Assembly (NCBI GenBank): GCA_964565945.1
Contig: CAZMGY010000021.1
Coordinates: forward strand, 44,300-108,299
Reading direction: 5' to 3'
DNA length: 64,000 bases
Origin: an uncultured bacterium
Lineage (GTDB): Bacteria > GCA-001730085
The first letter of the stretch is position 1, and every line of letters starts with the position of its first letter. Made by a program: the position numbers and the translations under genes. Below the pieces are notes generated by a model that saw nothing but the letters and a program-made list of their open reading frames with translations, was not told the DNA's origin and made no database searches. Below are positions 38,586 to 49,388 of the stretch, in pieces.

Positions 38586-39701
38586 GTGAGACTCGTTGTA
38601 TTGTTTAGTGGATTATTATTGTTAGGGCTAGGGATCTCACAAGTCTCTGATCTCGGATCTTACATGCCCTTTTTAACCAACATAACACTAATATGTTTAG
38701 CCTATATTATGATTGAAGTGGGCTTAGAATTTAAAATTCGTAAAGATAAGCTAGCAGAATATGGGAAAGATTATCTGATCGCAGCAACAGCCGCCAGCTT
38801 CCCGTGGATTCTCTGTGCCTTATACTTTATTTTCGTTCTTAATGTTCCTTATAAAGAAGCTTGGCTCGTTAGCCGATTTTCGGCGCCGACATCAGCAGGA
38901 TTACTATTTGCAATGCTTCTAGCAGCAGGATTAGGGTCCACTTGGGTTTTTAAAAAAGTTGAGGTTTTGGCGATCTTCGACGACTTAGATACCATTCTTC
39001 TGCTGATTCCTTTACAGTTTATACTCGTAGGCTTTAAGCCAGAACTCCTCATCGCCATCATTGTCATTGCTGCGCTCTTGAGCGTCGCTTATAAACTTCT
39101 TCATCAGGTCAATTTTCCGTATACCAAAGGCTGGATGATTTTTTATTCGGTCGCCATTGTTTCTATATGTAAAGGATTGGAACATATAGCACACATCCAC
39201 ATTGAAGTGCTTATCCCTGCTTTCTGCTTTGGTTGCGTGATAAAACACAACGTCTCCCAAGCCAAAGCAACCAAAGAACAATCCAGTCCGTTTGATATTG
39301 CCTTAAAGTCTCTTTTTATGTTTTTGGTCGGTACCTCCTTGCCCAAAATTGACTTTACGGCCTTAGATTGGCAAACAACGGCTCTTCATGTCATCATCAT
39401 TACGATCATTTCCAACATCGGCAAATGCTTTCCGATTTTGTGCTACAAAAACCAAGCAACACTCAAAGAGAGAATTGCCGTTGGCATTAGTCTCTTCCCT
39501 CGAGGAGAAGTTGGTGCAGCCGTTCTTCTTATAGCTATTGGTTATAAATTTACTGGCATCGCCACGACACTTGCAGGGCTTAGCCTTGCGCTTAACCTGA
39601 TTCTGACTGGTTTATTTATTATGATTGTAATTTCACTGGTTAAACCAAAAACAGACGATAAAAAGAACGACAACAACGCTTATGCCTCTTCGAGAAACTG
39701 A
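38586..39701 (+). CDS. cation:proton antiporter-like integral membrane protein
   Basis: 371 aa, ~10-12 predicted TM helices; 'EVGLEF' and 'FPRGEVGAAVLLIAIG' resemble Na+/H+ exchanger family motifs. Confidence 0.5.
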   Translation: MRLVVLFSGLLLLGLGISQVSDLGSYMPFLTNITLICLAYIMIEVGLEFKIRKDKLAEYGKDYLIAATAASFPWILCALYFIFVLNVPYKEAWLVSRFSAPTSAGLLFAMLLAAGLGSTWVFKKVEVLAIFDDLDTILLLIPLQFILVGFKPELLIAIIVIAALLSVAYKLLHQVNFPYTKGWMIFYSVAIVSICKGLEHIAHIHIEVLIPAFCFGCVIKHNVSQAKATKEQSSPFDIALKSLFMFLVGTSLPKIDFTALDWQTTALHVIIITIISNIGKCFPILCYKNQATLKERIAVGISLFPRGEVGAAVLLIAIGYKFTGIATTLAGLSLALNLILTGLFIMIVISLVKPKTDDKKNDNNAYASSRN

Positions 39702-40741
39702 GTATCCTTAATCCATAAAGCTAAGTAGGGCTCCGTTTCTCCCTGGTGTCGCATTAAACACAAAAAGGGTTTATCAACGATATATCGACGGTCCGACACA
39801 AAATCCAAATGGTTCATGTGAATATTTTGCGTCATAAAAGGGATGTCTTTCACTTGCCAGTACTCCCCATCGGCACGAACTTCAAAGCGATAATCTTGAA
39901 CAACCTTGGATAAAAACCAACTCTTTTTTGTTTTATTTTGCACACCATTATCTTGAAGGTCGGGAACAAGTGAATGGCTATCAACGGCTATTTGAGGAAT
40001 ATGAAGTTGATCTCCTGGCATAAAAAACATTTGCTGCCCGCCATCAACAATTCTCTTAAGAACATATTTAACCGTATCTTGAAAGGTCGCCAAAGGCGCA
40101 ACCTTAGCAATGTACATCTCATCGTTATAATCCTGCAACGTTAAACCAACAATAAAATCATCAGGGTTGTTATACTCAATCACATTTACTTTTTGCATAG
40201 GATCTTCTCCTAAGTTACCCTGATAGTCCAACAACATTCCTTTCACAGGGGTATGTTTATCTCCTACCGAAAACAATAAAGGCTGTCCCGTAGAAAATAA
40301 AGTTTGAGGCAAAGATACATGCCGACCCAATCCGATATAACCGAGGACATCCAAAAGCCCTAGCCCTCCCTCAAAATCTGGCATTTCAACACCTATAGAA
40401 CTTTCTCTTTTTTGTTTAAATGTTTCTGCAATATCTTTCAATAAGTATCCATAAAATACATCAGTCATGGCAACCTTTTCGGGAAAAAGTGTTTTAGAAA
40501 TTTTAGACTGATTCATGCGATCTTGATAAGACACATTCCTAAAAAACTGCACATCTTCTTTAACAATATCTTCTTGCATAATCTTCCAAAACTGGATCAT
40601 TAACGGAGAATAAAGAATATTTTGGGTTGTCAGTAAATCATCCAGCCACCACACCGTCGAAGAAGATTTGCTTGTTTCAGCAGCAAAACTTATGGCCGTT
40701 CCACACAGTAAAATTAACGCAATCAAATATTTTCCAATCAT
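39680..40741 (-). CDS. hypothetical exported protein
   Basis: ORF with signal-peptide-like start 'MIGKYLIALILLCGTAISFA'; no confident family assignment. Confidence 0.45.
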   Translation of the reverse strand: MIGKYLIALILLCGTAISFAAETSKSSSTVWWLDDLLTTQNILYSPLMIQFWKIMQEDIVKEDVQFFRNVSYQDRMNQSKISKTLFPEKVAMTDVFYGYLLKDIAETFKQKRESSIGVEMPDFEGGLGLLDVLGYIGLGRHVSLPQTLFSTGQPLLFSVGDKHTPVKGMLLDYQGNLGEDPMQKVNVIEYNNPDDFIVGLTLQDYNDEMYIAKVAPLATFQDTVKYVLKRIVDGGQQMFFMPGDQLHIPQIAVDSHSLVPDLQDNGVQNKTKKSWFLSKVVQDYRFEVRADGEYWQVKDIPFMTQNIHMNHLDFVSDRRYIVDKPFLCLMRHQGETEPYLALWIKDTQFLEEA

Positions 40742-40994
40742 AACCACAGCTTCCTTTTTTTTGCCACCCATTGCTATTCGACTCCACGATCCACCCATAA
40801 GTATTCTTGAATATTGCGTTCATAAGAGCATTGAAAAGCCCTCCACAAAACACACGCCACTTTGGGAACATTGTCAGATAAAGTCACCGAGGAAAGCTCC
40901 CAACGATTACGAGACAAATAAATATCTTTGCACGGTAAAACACCCCCCAAGAGCTGCCCTTCAGGAGTTAAAGAGTCTCACAATGTGTCTGTTG

Positions 40995-41324
40995 TCATAA
41001 AACAGACACATTGTCCTTTAGCCATTGTTCATACGCAGGATTAAGAATATTCATCGACCCTTCCAAAATGCAGGGACATTGATAGGGGTGCTGTTCAAGA
41101 ATTTTATCAATCATACTTTGTTTGAATTTATCTAAGGTCTTAAATATAACCACAACTTCTTGAGTTTCTTCCAACTGCCCATCCCAAGCATAAAAACACT
41201 CAACTCCAGGCAAAATCTGAACACAGGCCACTTTACGCTCAACAACAAGCTGGCGCGACACACTACGTGCGCTTTCAATATCGGGGAACGTCACATACAA
41301 AATAGCGAGCCTGGCCATGATCAC
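40995..41324 (-). CDS. cutA: divalent-cation tolerance protein CutA
   Basis: 109 aa; 'VACVQILPGVECFYAWDG' and 'HPYQCPCI' match conserved CutA1 blocks. Confidence 0.7.
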   Translation of the reverse strand: MIMARLAILYVTFPDIESARSVSRQLVVERKVACVQILPGVECFYAWDGQLEETQEVVVIFKTLDKFKQSMIDKILEQHPYQCPCILEGSMNILNPAYEQWLKDNVSVL

Positions 41325-41342
41325 ACTTTCTTCATTTATAAT

Positions 41343-42383
41343 TTAAACAAACTCTGTCATCAAATCTAAGGAGGTTTTCTGCCTCCAAGAATCTATATTA
41401 TAGCCCAACTCTTTTGCCTGATCAAAACCTTGTTGACTCTGGTTAGTTTGTCCCAATACAGCATACGCTGCCGCTCGAGCAGCCAAAGCTGACGCAAATT
41501 GAGGATCGATCTCAATGGCTCGCGATAAATCTTGAATGGCTGTAGATATATTACCTAGTTTTAAATAATTCAAAGCACGATGATAGTAAGCATCCTCACG
41601 ACGAGGAGACTCCTCTAATAAGAGATCCCAATCTAACACTGTTAGGCGAATCGTTTTATACCTTTCTAAAAAATTCCCTCCACCATACCTGGGAAGTAAC
41701 AAATTAAACACAGGTTCCTTATCAAACAAATGTTCCTCAATCACAACCTCACCATCAATGAAAAAACGGTTTGATTTGTGAAGTCCCTGCTCTGTATAAA
41801 TTTTGGCCACCCCCTGTTTTTGACCATGAACATAGTTGATTTCAAAAGCCAAAATACCCTTAGCGAAAAACTCTTTCATGACCCCTTGTAATTTCCCTTG
41901 AACAAACAACATTTCTCGTCGTAAGGTCCCTTGCTCATCATACTCACGCACTTCTCCATCCCATAACCCATTTTTGAAATAATACTCCGCTAATGTCGTA
42001 CCATCCAGGTAGTATTCAATATACTTTCCATGTTTTTGACCTTGTTTATGTTGTACAAAAACCTGTAACTGTCCATTTTCGTAATACTGATAGCTATCAC
42101 CATCTAGAATATCATTTTGATAGCGATAGGAATAATGAACTTGCCCATTCGGATAAAATTCCTGTGCAACACCCTGCTTTTTGCCTTTTTCAAAGTGAAC
42201 AATCTGCATGAGCGATCCATCTTCAAAATAAACACGGCTCTCTCCTTGCTCAAGGCTATTCTCCAAAGTTTGTTCAAAACGCAAAGCCCCGCTAGGATAA
42301 TACTCTTGAATAGCTTCTGCGCACAAATCACCTGCATAGAAGTTTATGAACCACAAGATAGACAACGCTGCAATGTATTTCAT
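41343..42383 (-). CDS. MORN/YwqK-like repeat protein with C-terminal TPR-like region
   Basis: Signal peptide, then repeated ~23-aa 'YxxNGQ...G..xxYYENG' units and a C-terminal TPR-like 'AYYHRALNYLKLGNISTAIQDLSRAIEIDP'. Confidence 0.55.
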   Translation of the reverse strand: MKYIAALSILWFINFYAGDLCAEAIQEYYPSGALRFEQTLENSLEQGESRVYFEDGSLMQIVHFEKGKKQGVAQEFYPNGQVHYSYRYQNDILDGDSYQYYENGQLQVFVQHKQGQKHGKYIEYYLDGTTLAEYYFKNGLWDGEVREYDEQGTLRREMLFVQGKLQGVMKEFFAKGILAFEINYVHGQKQGVAKIYTEQGLHKSNRFFIDGEVVIEEHLFDKEPVFNLLLPRYGGGNFLERYKTIRLTVLDWDLLLEESPRREDAYYHRALNYLKLGNISTAIQDLSRAIEIDPQFASALAARAAAYAVLGQTNQSQQGFDQAKELGYNIDSWRQKTSLDLMTEFV

Positions 42384-42504
42384 ACCTCTCCGTCTGCTAT
42401 CTAGAGGCTTCATTTCCTTGCATCATATCTTAAGATATAAAAACGAGCAGGGCTGTACCCCTGCTCGTTTTTAACTCGCAACCCTCGACCCAAGAGGCCC
42501 CACA

Positions 42505-42831
42505 TTATCTAAAAACAATGTTTTCAGGCTCAATAATAGGCTCATATGCATCTGGAATAGGTAAAGGAAACGTCACAACTTCATAAGCACCTACAAGGCC
42601 TCTTGCAACAGTCATTCCAATTCCTCGAGCTAATCCTAAAGTAATTCCCATAATAGGATTAGACTCTTTGGTCTCCTCCATCACCTGATAAGGAACTTCG
42701 ACCCAACCAGTTACGATGTTACCTACCCCACGAACAAGTTTATTTCCAGCATGATCTGCATGCCCAGAACCAGCCCCAACAGACAGACCTACAACCAATA
42801 CAAATGCTACTAGTACGCAAGCCTTATTCAT
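42505..42831 (-). CDS. small exported hypothetical protein
   Basis: 108 aa with signal peptide and Gly-rich 'VRGVGNIVTGWVEVP' segment. Confidence 0.45.
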   Translation of the reverse strand: MNKACVLVAFVLVVGLSVGAGSGHADHAGNKLVRGVGNIVTGWVEVPYQVMEETKESNPIMGITLGLARGIGMTVARGLVGAYEVVTFPLPIPDAYEPIIEPENIVFR

Positions 42832-42933
42832 CTGGTTTCTCCTTTATGTTTATTACTAAACGTAAGCATAGCACAAAATGTTTCAACGAAACAAGTTTCA
42901 TTATATAAAATGCAATAAGAATTATTAATTCCC

Positions 42934-44340
42934 TTATAACCGATAAATTCGATAACCTTTCGCCACCATAATTTCCTCGCAAGTATCCAAAATATGGTTC
43001 AAAAAATCTTTGTGATGCCCATAGTTTTCCACTTCTGTCATCACAAAATACCGCGCCCCTTGCGCACGATAAGCCTCAAACTCTGTAATCAAATGCTTCG
43101 TATCCAAGCCCTTAAAGAGATTAATGGTCCAACCTTGGCGGTGACAATAATACAAGCGACGGGTCGCAATCACCAAATCATCTTTTTCAGCATAGTTTTG
43201 CAAATCTTCACCAGCCTCTTGCGTATATCGATAATGCTCGGACAAGGAATAGGCCCTCGACAACTGCATCACCACGGAAATAATCAAAATAACATTTACC
43301 GTAGTCTTGATCCACTTGGCCACTTCTTTGGAAAAACCCATTTCCCCCTTACCCAGCTCAGCACCGATATAAATCGAAGCCATCGCCAAAAAAGGAAGCA
43401 AATAAAACTTCTCTCGAACCCCCGTTTGATCCGTCATCAACAAAAGATAAATACCAAAACTCCCCATCCATATCGGCACAACACCTAAGTCCTCTTTCCG
43501 ATTTTTCCATAACGCCCAGAAAAAAAAGAAAAACCCTAATGGTGTTAATGTTTTCCCCGCCAAAAAGCCAAACATTTTTTCCCAATACCGCCCTGAAATT
43601 AAAAGATCCAAGGAAAAAAAGCGCCACAAGTCTCCTCCTAATAAAGCATGCCCTTGTCCAGTATCCCCCTGGGTTAAGTACTGCCAAATGCCCACAAGGA
43701 AAAAGGGAACAAAACACAAAACCCAAATCTGTTTTTGCCACAAAAATTCGCGCCTATTTTTTCGATAAAGCTGATACACCAAAGGAACCATTAAATAACA
43801 AGAAGACGGCCTGAGCAGCATTGCACAAGCACACAACAATGTCGACCAAAGCCATTCCCAGCGTCCTCCATGAGATGTCCAGCAATGCATGTAATACAAA
43901 GCACCTAGGGAACAACAGACAATCGCTGATTCAGGCAAATAAACCCGGGTGTACAAAATGCTCAAAGGCGATAACCAATAGACCAAACAGGCCCATATTG
44001 CTTCTTTACGTCCCAACATCATTTTAGTCCACAAAAAGAGGAAACGTAAACTTGCTAAACCAAACATAATCGCCAATAAACGTCCCCCCCATTCATGTAC
44101 ATTCCCCGTCAAAATATAGGTGAGGCCTAAAAGATAGGGATAAACCGTGCTGTGAGCAAAATCATAGAACAGCACAGATCGATGAAAGTGCCCTAAATAC
44201 AAATCCCTGGCTAACCAAGCCATTTGTGTTTGCGCCAGGGGCTCAACTTCCAATAAAGGTAATGTTATATAGGTAAGTCTTAAAATAAGCCCTCCAATAA
44301 CGCCCCATAGTAAACGGCGACTATACGTTTCCAACATCAC
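42934..44340 (-). CDS. polytopic membrane glycosyltransferase (GT39/ArnT-PMT-like)
   Basis: 468 aa, many TM helices; N-terminal region resembles ArnT/PMT-type GT-C transferases. Confidence 0.5.
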   Translation of the reverse strand: MMLETYSRRLLWGVIGGLILRLTYITLPLLEVEPLAQTQMAWLARDLYLGHFHRSVLFYDFAHSTVYPYLLGLTYILTGNVHEWGGRLLAIMFGLASLRFLFLWTKMMLGRKEAIWACLVYWLSPLSILYTRVYLPESAIVCCSLGALYYMHCWTSHGGRWEWLWSTLLCACAMLLRPSSCYLMVPLVYQLYRKNRREFLWQKQIWVLCFVPFFLVGIWQYLTQGDTGQGHALLGGDLWRFFSLDLLISGRYWEKMFGFLAGKTLTPLGFFFFFWALWKNRKEDLGVVPIWMGSFGIYLLLMTDQTGVREKFYLLPFLAMASIYIGAELGKGEMGFSKEVAKWIKTTVNVILIISVVMQLSRAYSLSEHYRYTQEAGEDLQNYAEKDDLVIATRRLYYCHRQGWTINLFKGLDTKHLITEFEAYRAQGARYFVMTEVENYGHHKDFLNHILDTCEEIMVAKGYRIYRL

Positions 44341-45260
44341 GAGTCAAAGCCTCCACAAGAGAATTTCTAACACATATCATCCCACTTAAATTGCGATCTT
44401 CAGGATAAAGTTACGTCGAATCAGAAGAAAAACAACCACCCTTCAAATAAAGATGCACATCAACAATAGGCTTATGCTTTAAAGCAAAAGAATAAAACAA
44501 CATCAACAAACCGTAGCTTAGCCAAGTCAATGCAAAAAAGGCTTCCCCAAAAAACCCCCCAAAGTTAACGAAAGCACCCCAAGAGATGGAGCAATCATAG
44601 CCACTTGCTTAATCAAGATAAGTCTCGAAGCAAAATGATTGGGATCAACAATATCATTGATCATATATATAATGGAAGACAATAGGCAAAAAGGATTAAA
44701 TTCTTGATCCACTGCTGAACCCTCATCAGACAAATAATAACCACAATTCAACTCCCGTCTTCGCTTCTTTGGATCCGTATATTATCCCATACTACTGGTT
44801 ATTTTTAAACTTCTGACGCAATGCCCGAAGAGGCTATCGTTTAATTTGCTTTAAAGCATCAATAAATGGCGTTTAGATCACTTTAAAATAGTCATTCTAG
44901 GGTTCACTTCGAAATTGTCACATGCCAGTTAAAGCTTTTAACTGCTCACAGTGGTAAGCCTTGGGCCATTTGAATGCCATCACGATCCACAGACATCGGT
45001 TTCCCCAAAAAACAACCCACAAGCCTAAGAAGCCCAACAAGCCTCCAAACTTTTCTGGCTATCGCCGTGTTAACACATTATTCTCAGCATCAGCCACAAG
45101 ATCACCCTATTTATTCTGAGAGTTCTCACCCCAGATCAAAAGTGGAATATTCATTTGCACCGCAATCCGCACAGGAATCGTAAAAATGATCAAATGTTCT
45201 GGCTAAGCGATTAACTCGTGAGCACACATGTTGAAGACTCTTATATCGTGACCCAAAATC

Positions 45261-46019
45261 TCAGTAAATACAGCCTGTTCGATGTAAAACTCTCTTGCGC
45301 CGTACTTTGATCCGCCACTTGTGCCACTTGCGCCAAGGATAGCGCCTCCACCACTTGCGCCAAAACACGCGCCGATTGGCCTTTTCGAAGTTATAGTTTA
45401 ATTGTTCTTTAACAGCGTCCACCGTTTTGCTCCCATAATGATGAATACAAACATCCGTTGTCACTGCCGTTTTTAAACCACAAGACTGCATCCTTAAAAA
45501 AAAGTCTTCATCCTCATATTTGCCCCAGCGAAAATTTTCATCAAAAAGACCCACCTCATCAAAAAGCGTCTTTCTTGCAAACAAAGCAACCCCACGAAAT
45601 TCATCTTCGAACACAGTGCCCTCAAATACTTTACGATAACGCTTATTTTCTTGCTCCAAGTCGTAATCCATGGAACCTTCTTTTATCGCTGGAGAAACCA
45701 ACGCATAGGCATGCGATTGATAAAAGTGCTTAAGGCGCAGCAACCAATCACAAGGCACGTCAATATCATTGTTCACAATGCACACAAACTCACCACGTGC
45801 CGCACGCACACCTTGATTCCATGCTGCCGCACAACCTTGGTTCTTTTCGTTACGAATAAGTATTGCCTCAACACCTTCTAAATAATGTTGCGTTTCCTCC
45901 TGAGAGCCATTATCAATTAAAATCAACTCCAAGGACTCAAGAGGCGTCTTGAGGATCGAAACGATGCTTTGCTCTGTCCATTCCAAGTTATCTTTAACCG
46001 CCATAACCACCGATATCAT
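45261..46019 (-). CDS. glycosyltransferase family 2
   Basis: 'ILIDNGSQEETQ' and 'VCIVNNDIDV' fit GT2 DxD-type motifs; start overlaps the upstream gene stop. Confidence 0.65.
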   Translation of the reverse strand: MISVVMAVKDNLEWTEQSIVSILKTPLESLELILIDNGSQEETQHYLEGVEAILIRNEKNQGCAAAWNQGVRAARGEFVCIVNNDIDVPCDWLLRLKHFYQSHAYALVSPAIKEGSMDYDLEQENKRYRKVFEGTVFEDEFRGVALFARKTLFDEVGLFDENFRWGKYEDEDFFLRMQSCGLKTAVTTDVCIHHYGSKTVDAVKEQLNYNFEKANRRVFWRKWWRRYPWRKWHKWRIKVRRKRVLHRTGCIY

Positions 46020-48532
46020 AACGCCAACTCCACATCCTGATCCACATAACCTGCATCGAGCAAGAGTGCTTGTTTTTGGGCATATAAATAATTTCGGTGC
46101 GTCAAAATATGCTGCGCATAGATGGGACATTTTTTTTGATAGGCTTTGAAAAAGGCTATCTCATGAAGAAGCAATAAACCTTCGGGAAAAGCACCCCACA
46201 TTTGTGAAATATTCTTTAACAACTGTCGTTGCGTCAAAGCACCGTTCAAGCGAACATGCCCATGATCTATTAAGTAAAACGTCCATTTGTGCTCGAAACT
46301 TTTAAGCACCAAGATATTGTCAGGCGTAAGATCATTGTGAAAAACATCCTTAGCATGCAAATCCCCAATAAAATCCCCAAGGTGACTCATAAACTGCAGT
46401 CTTTCTTTTTCGGTTTTGAGTGAACTGTAAAAAAATTTATCCGCATTTTGACTATCTGCCAAATAACGCATCACCAAGATACGCTTACGATAAAGATAAG
46501 CAATAGGCTTAGGAACTCGAACGCCAGCAAAAAAAAGGTTCACCGAATGTTGCCACTCGCGATGCATTTGCCCAATTTTCTTTAAAGACATACCCTTAAT
46601 TTGTTTGCAACACAGGTGTCCCGTCAGGCTTAACTCGTGAAACACACGATAGGAGTGACTTTGTTTCAAAATATGCTCAGCACCAACATAGTCGGCTGAA
46701 CGAACAAGATTGGGAAGTTGAGCAAAAACACGTTTATAGCGAGGCATCCACTCGCCAATCATATTTCTTTGAACTTGAGCAATCTTGAGTGGGTACACGC
46801 GCAAAAAAGGTTTTTGATTGGCACATATTTTTTGAGAGATTCTATCAATATTTTCAAAGTACTTGCGCCAATGATGTGGAAAAAAGTTACGTTCCTTTTG
46901 GTATTGATTTAAAAAATAAAATTTTTCCGCCAAGGACAAAGCATCGCCAATAGAGCTATAAAGATAAACAAAGTTCATGACGACATTGTTAAGCGATATG
47001 TGTTCTACAAAATGAACCCGATGCAAATCGATAACATAAAACCATCTTTGCCCTTTGTCGTCATCCACTAATATGTTCGCGACATCTAAGTCCCGATGAT
47101 AAAAACCGTGATTATGCATATGCGCCATAAAATCTGCAAACTGCTTAATGATAGCACGCCGTTCTAAAACAGTTTTTTTCTTAAAGGTCTCACGATACTC
47201 CAAACCATCTTTCATAGGCATCATATCTTCAACAATAAAAATACTTTCTTGAACGACTCCAAACCTTCTTCGTTCTGCATACAAAATAGGGGTAGGTGTC
47301 AATATCCTTCTATGCTTTAATTGCCAAGAGGTCTTCCACTCGGTAAATCCTTTGGCTTTTTGTTTAAAAGTTTTAAGTTTATCTTTAAACCGTTTGAACA
47401 AATACACCTTAACAACTAATGGGTACGTCACTCCTTTGTATTCGTAAGAGCGCCTAAGCACCTGGTGATAATCCGATTGACGTATAGATTCGCCCACACA
47501 AATCGTTTGATCCATCACATCTCGTTCAATCATATGCAGCAGGTTGGGGGGGTAACCTTCGTTACCTATAAAGTTCCATCCATGTTTATTTTCGCACACA
47601 TGAGGCAATATATCATTCAAATGAGACAAGCCTTCGTGAAGAGGACAGCCACGCAAATGCCAGTAGATCAACCGCCAATAGGTTTGAGACTTAGACGAAA
47701 CCACGCCATGAAACACAGCATTCACAGCATAACGAAAGAAAAGCCATTGTTTAATAAAACGTAAAGTCCCCGCTTTAAAACCGCGCCGCCTCAAAAAAAG
47801 GTAAAGACTTTTGTGGTACTCTATCCGCGAAGCTAAGGGATACTTTTTCGCACTCTGTCCAGAATGATGAACAACCGTGACCTGAGGCAAAAACATAACC
47901 CGATAACCTTGCCGATTCAAACGCCAACACAAGTCGGTTTCTTCCATATAAAAAAAGTAACCTTCGTCATAACCTTGCATAGTATGAAAGATCTCTTTAC
48001 GAATACAAAAACAAGCCCCGACAAGACTCTCAACTTTTATAGGTTGAGAGTAAGTTTTTCGTTTATGAGGAAATTTTTTGGGGTGCAAAAATCTTAAAAT
48101 ATTTTTGTTGAGCAATAAAGATGCTATCGACGGATAATTGTCCACACTATTTCTCTTACGACCTTGAGCATCAACAAAGGCGGGCCCACAAGCGCCCACA
48201 TCGGGGTTGTCTTTTAAAAACCGAATCATCAATTCAATACTTTTCGGCAAAACCCTGGTATCGACATTCAGAAAAATGAGATATTCCCCTTTGGCCTTAC
48301 GAGCGGCCTTATTGCAAGCTTTAGCAAACCCATAGTTGGTTGTATTTTGAATCCAGAGGATCTTCTCACTCTCTTTAAGTGCAACATAGGGATCATCGTT
48401 AGAAGCATTGTCGATCACAATTACTTCATAAGACAACTCAGTCTGTGCTGATCGAATCGCTTGCAAGCATTCTTTCAGCAGCAGTGCAGAATTAAAGTTA
48501 ACAATAATAATAGAAATATCACATTTCTTCAT
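46016..48532 (-). CDS. fusion protein: N-terminal GT2 glycosyltransferase + C-terminal lipopolysaccharide-kinase-like domain(s)
   Basis: 838 aa; N-terminus 'ISIIIVNFNSALLLKECLQ...VIVIDNASND' is GT2; C-terminal part has two kinase-like catalytic loops, 'FYHRDLDVANILVDD' and 'VFHNDLTPDNILVL'. Confidence 0.65.
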   Translation of the reverse strand: MKKCDISIIIVNFNSALLLKECLQAIRSAQTELSYEVIVIDNASNDDPYVALKESEKILWIQNTTNYGFAKACNKAARKAKGEYLIFLNVDTRVLPKSIELMIRFLKDNPDVGACGPAFVDAQGRKRNSVDNYPSIASLLLNKNILRFLHPKKFPHKRKTYSQPIKVESLVGACFCIRKEIFHTMQGYDEGYFFYMEETDLCWRLNRQGYRVMFLPQVTVVHHSGQSAKKYPLASRIEYHKSLYLFLRRRGFKAGTLRFIKQWLFFRYAVNAVFHGVVSSKSQTYWRLIYWHLRGCPLHEGLSHLNDILPHVCENKHGWNFIGNEGYPPNLLHMIERDVMDQTICVGESIRQSDYHQVLRRSYEYKGVTYPLVVKVYLFKRFKDKLKTFKQKAKGFTEWKTSWQLKHRRILTPTPILYAERRRFGVVQESIFIVEDMMPMKDGLEYRETFKKKTVLERRAIIKQFADFMAHMHNHGFYHRDLDVANILVDDDKGQRWFYVIDLHRVHFVEHISLNNVVMNFVYLYSSIGDALSLAEKFYFLNQYQKERNFFPHHWRKYFENIDRISQKICANQKPFLRVYPLKIAQVQRNMIGEWMPRYKRVFAQLPNLVRSADYVGAEHILKQSHSYRVFHELSLTGHLCCKQIKGMSLKKIGQMHREWQHSVNLFFAGVRVPKPIAYLYRKRILVMRYLADSQNADKFFYSSLKTEKERLQFMSHLGDFIGDLHAKDVFHNDLTPDNILVLKSFEHKWTFYLIDHGHVRLNGALTQRQLLKNISQMWGAFPEGLLLLHEIAFFKAYQKKCPIYAQHILTHRNYLYAQKQALLLDAGYVDQDVELAL

Positions 48533-49388
48533 AAGAAGACCTCTCCTTTACCTGTGCCTCCCACAACTTTGCATATTTATAAAAGTCATGCGCCGCACTT
48601 AGACCAGAAAAAATCAATCCACTGACTCCATCCAAAAAGCCCCTTTTTAGCAGATAAAGCTTAAAAAAACGTACATGCCAAATAAATAGCAAGCGAATAA
48701 AGTTCATTCGTTTACCACGCCCTAGCTCTTTCTGCACATAAAGGTCACCATAGGTTTTAAACTTACTTAAATAATGACTTAAATTTTGATAAGGGTAATG
48801 TTCGATTACAACTTCAGACATAGGAAGCACCAGACCTTTAATATCCAAAGACTCATGCACAGGTGTTTGTTCAAAGCGGTGCTCAGATTGATTGCGAAAT
48901 AGCCTAACAATAAGTTCACGCCCCAAACAATGATCCAACCATCGTCCTAAAAAAAAGGTGCGACGACGAAGCAGTACCCCCGCAGCGGACTTCTTATGTT
49001 CAAGAACCTGCTTCAGATCAAACCCCTCCTTAACTTTAAGAATCTCGTCCGAGTCCATCCACAAAACCCAATCTGAGGATACCTGGTTGAGAGCGATATT
49101 TTTTTGCTCGGCATAGCCCAACCATTCTTGCTCAATCACCTTGGCGCCCAAAGATTTGGCATATGTCACCGTCTCATCGCTGCTTCCCGAATCAACCACA
49201 ATAAGCTCATCCGCCCAGGGCTTAACACTATCCAAGCACTTCTTTAAGGCTTCGGCACAATTCAACGTTATAACAATGACACTTAAATGAATCAACTTAA
49301 AACCACTTTCTTCATTAGAGGAGCTACCGTCTTTAACACTTGCTCGACACGAATATCTTTCATACACGCCATTGTTCCCAAAGGACAT
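48519..49388 (-). CDS. glycosyltransferase family 2
   Basis: 'LSVIVITLNCAEALKKCLDSV...LIVVDSGSSDETV' GT2 motif; 5' end overlaps the heptosyltransferase gene, so the true start is probably internal. Confidence 0.6.
   Translation of the reverse strand: MSFGNNGVYERYSCRASVKDGSSSNEESGFKLIHLSVIVITLNCAEALKKCLDSVKPWADELIVVDSGSSDETVTYAKSLGAKVIEQEWLGYAEQKNIALNQVSSDWVLWMDSDEILKVKEGFDLKQVLEHKKSAAGVLLRRRTFFLGRWLDHCLGRELIVRLFRNQSEHRFEQTPVHESLDIKGLVLPMSEVVIEHYPYQNLSHYLSKFKTYGDLYVQKELGRGKRMNFIRLLFIWHVRFFKLYLLKRGFLDGVSGLIFSGLSAAHDFYKYAKLWEAQVKERSSYEEM

Noticed and set aside
39680-40798. Serpin assignment for the 372-aa exported protein
   Set aside because: Only a weak C-terminal resemblance ('DKPFLCLMRH'); no reactive-centre-loop hinge motif found, so left as hypothetical.
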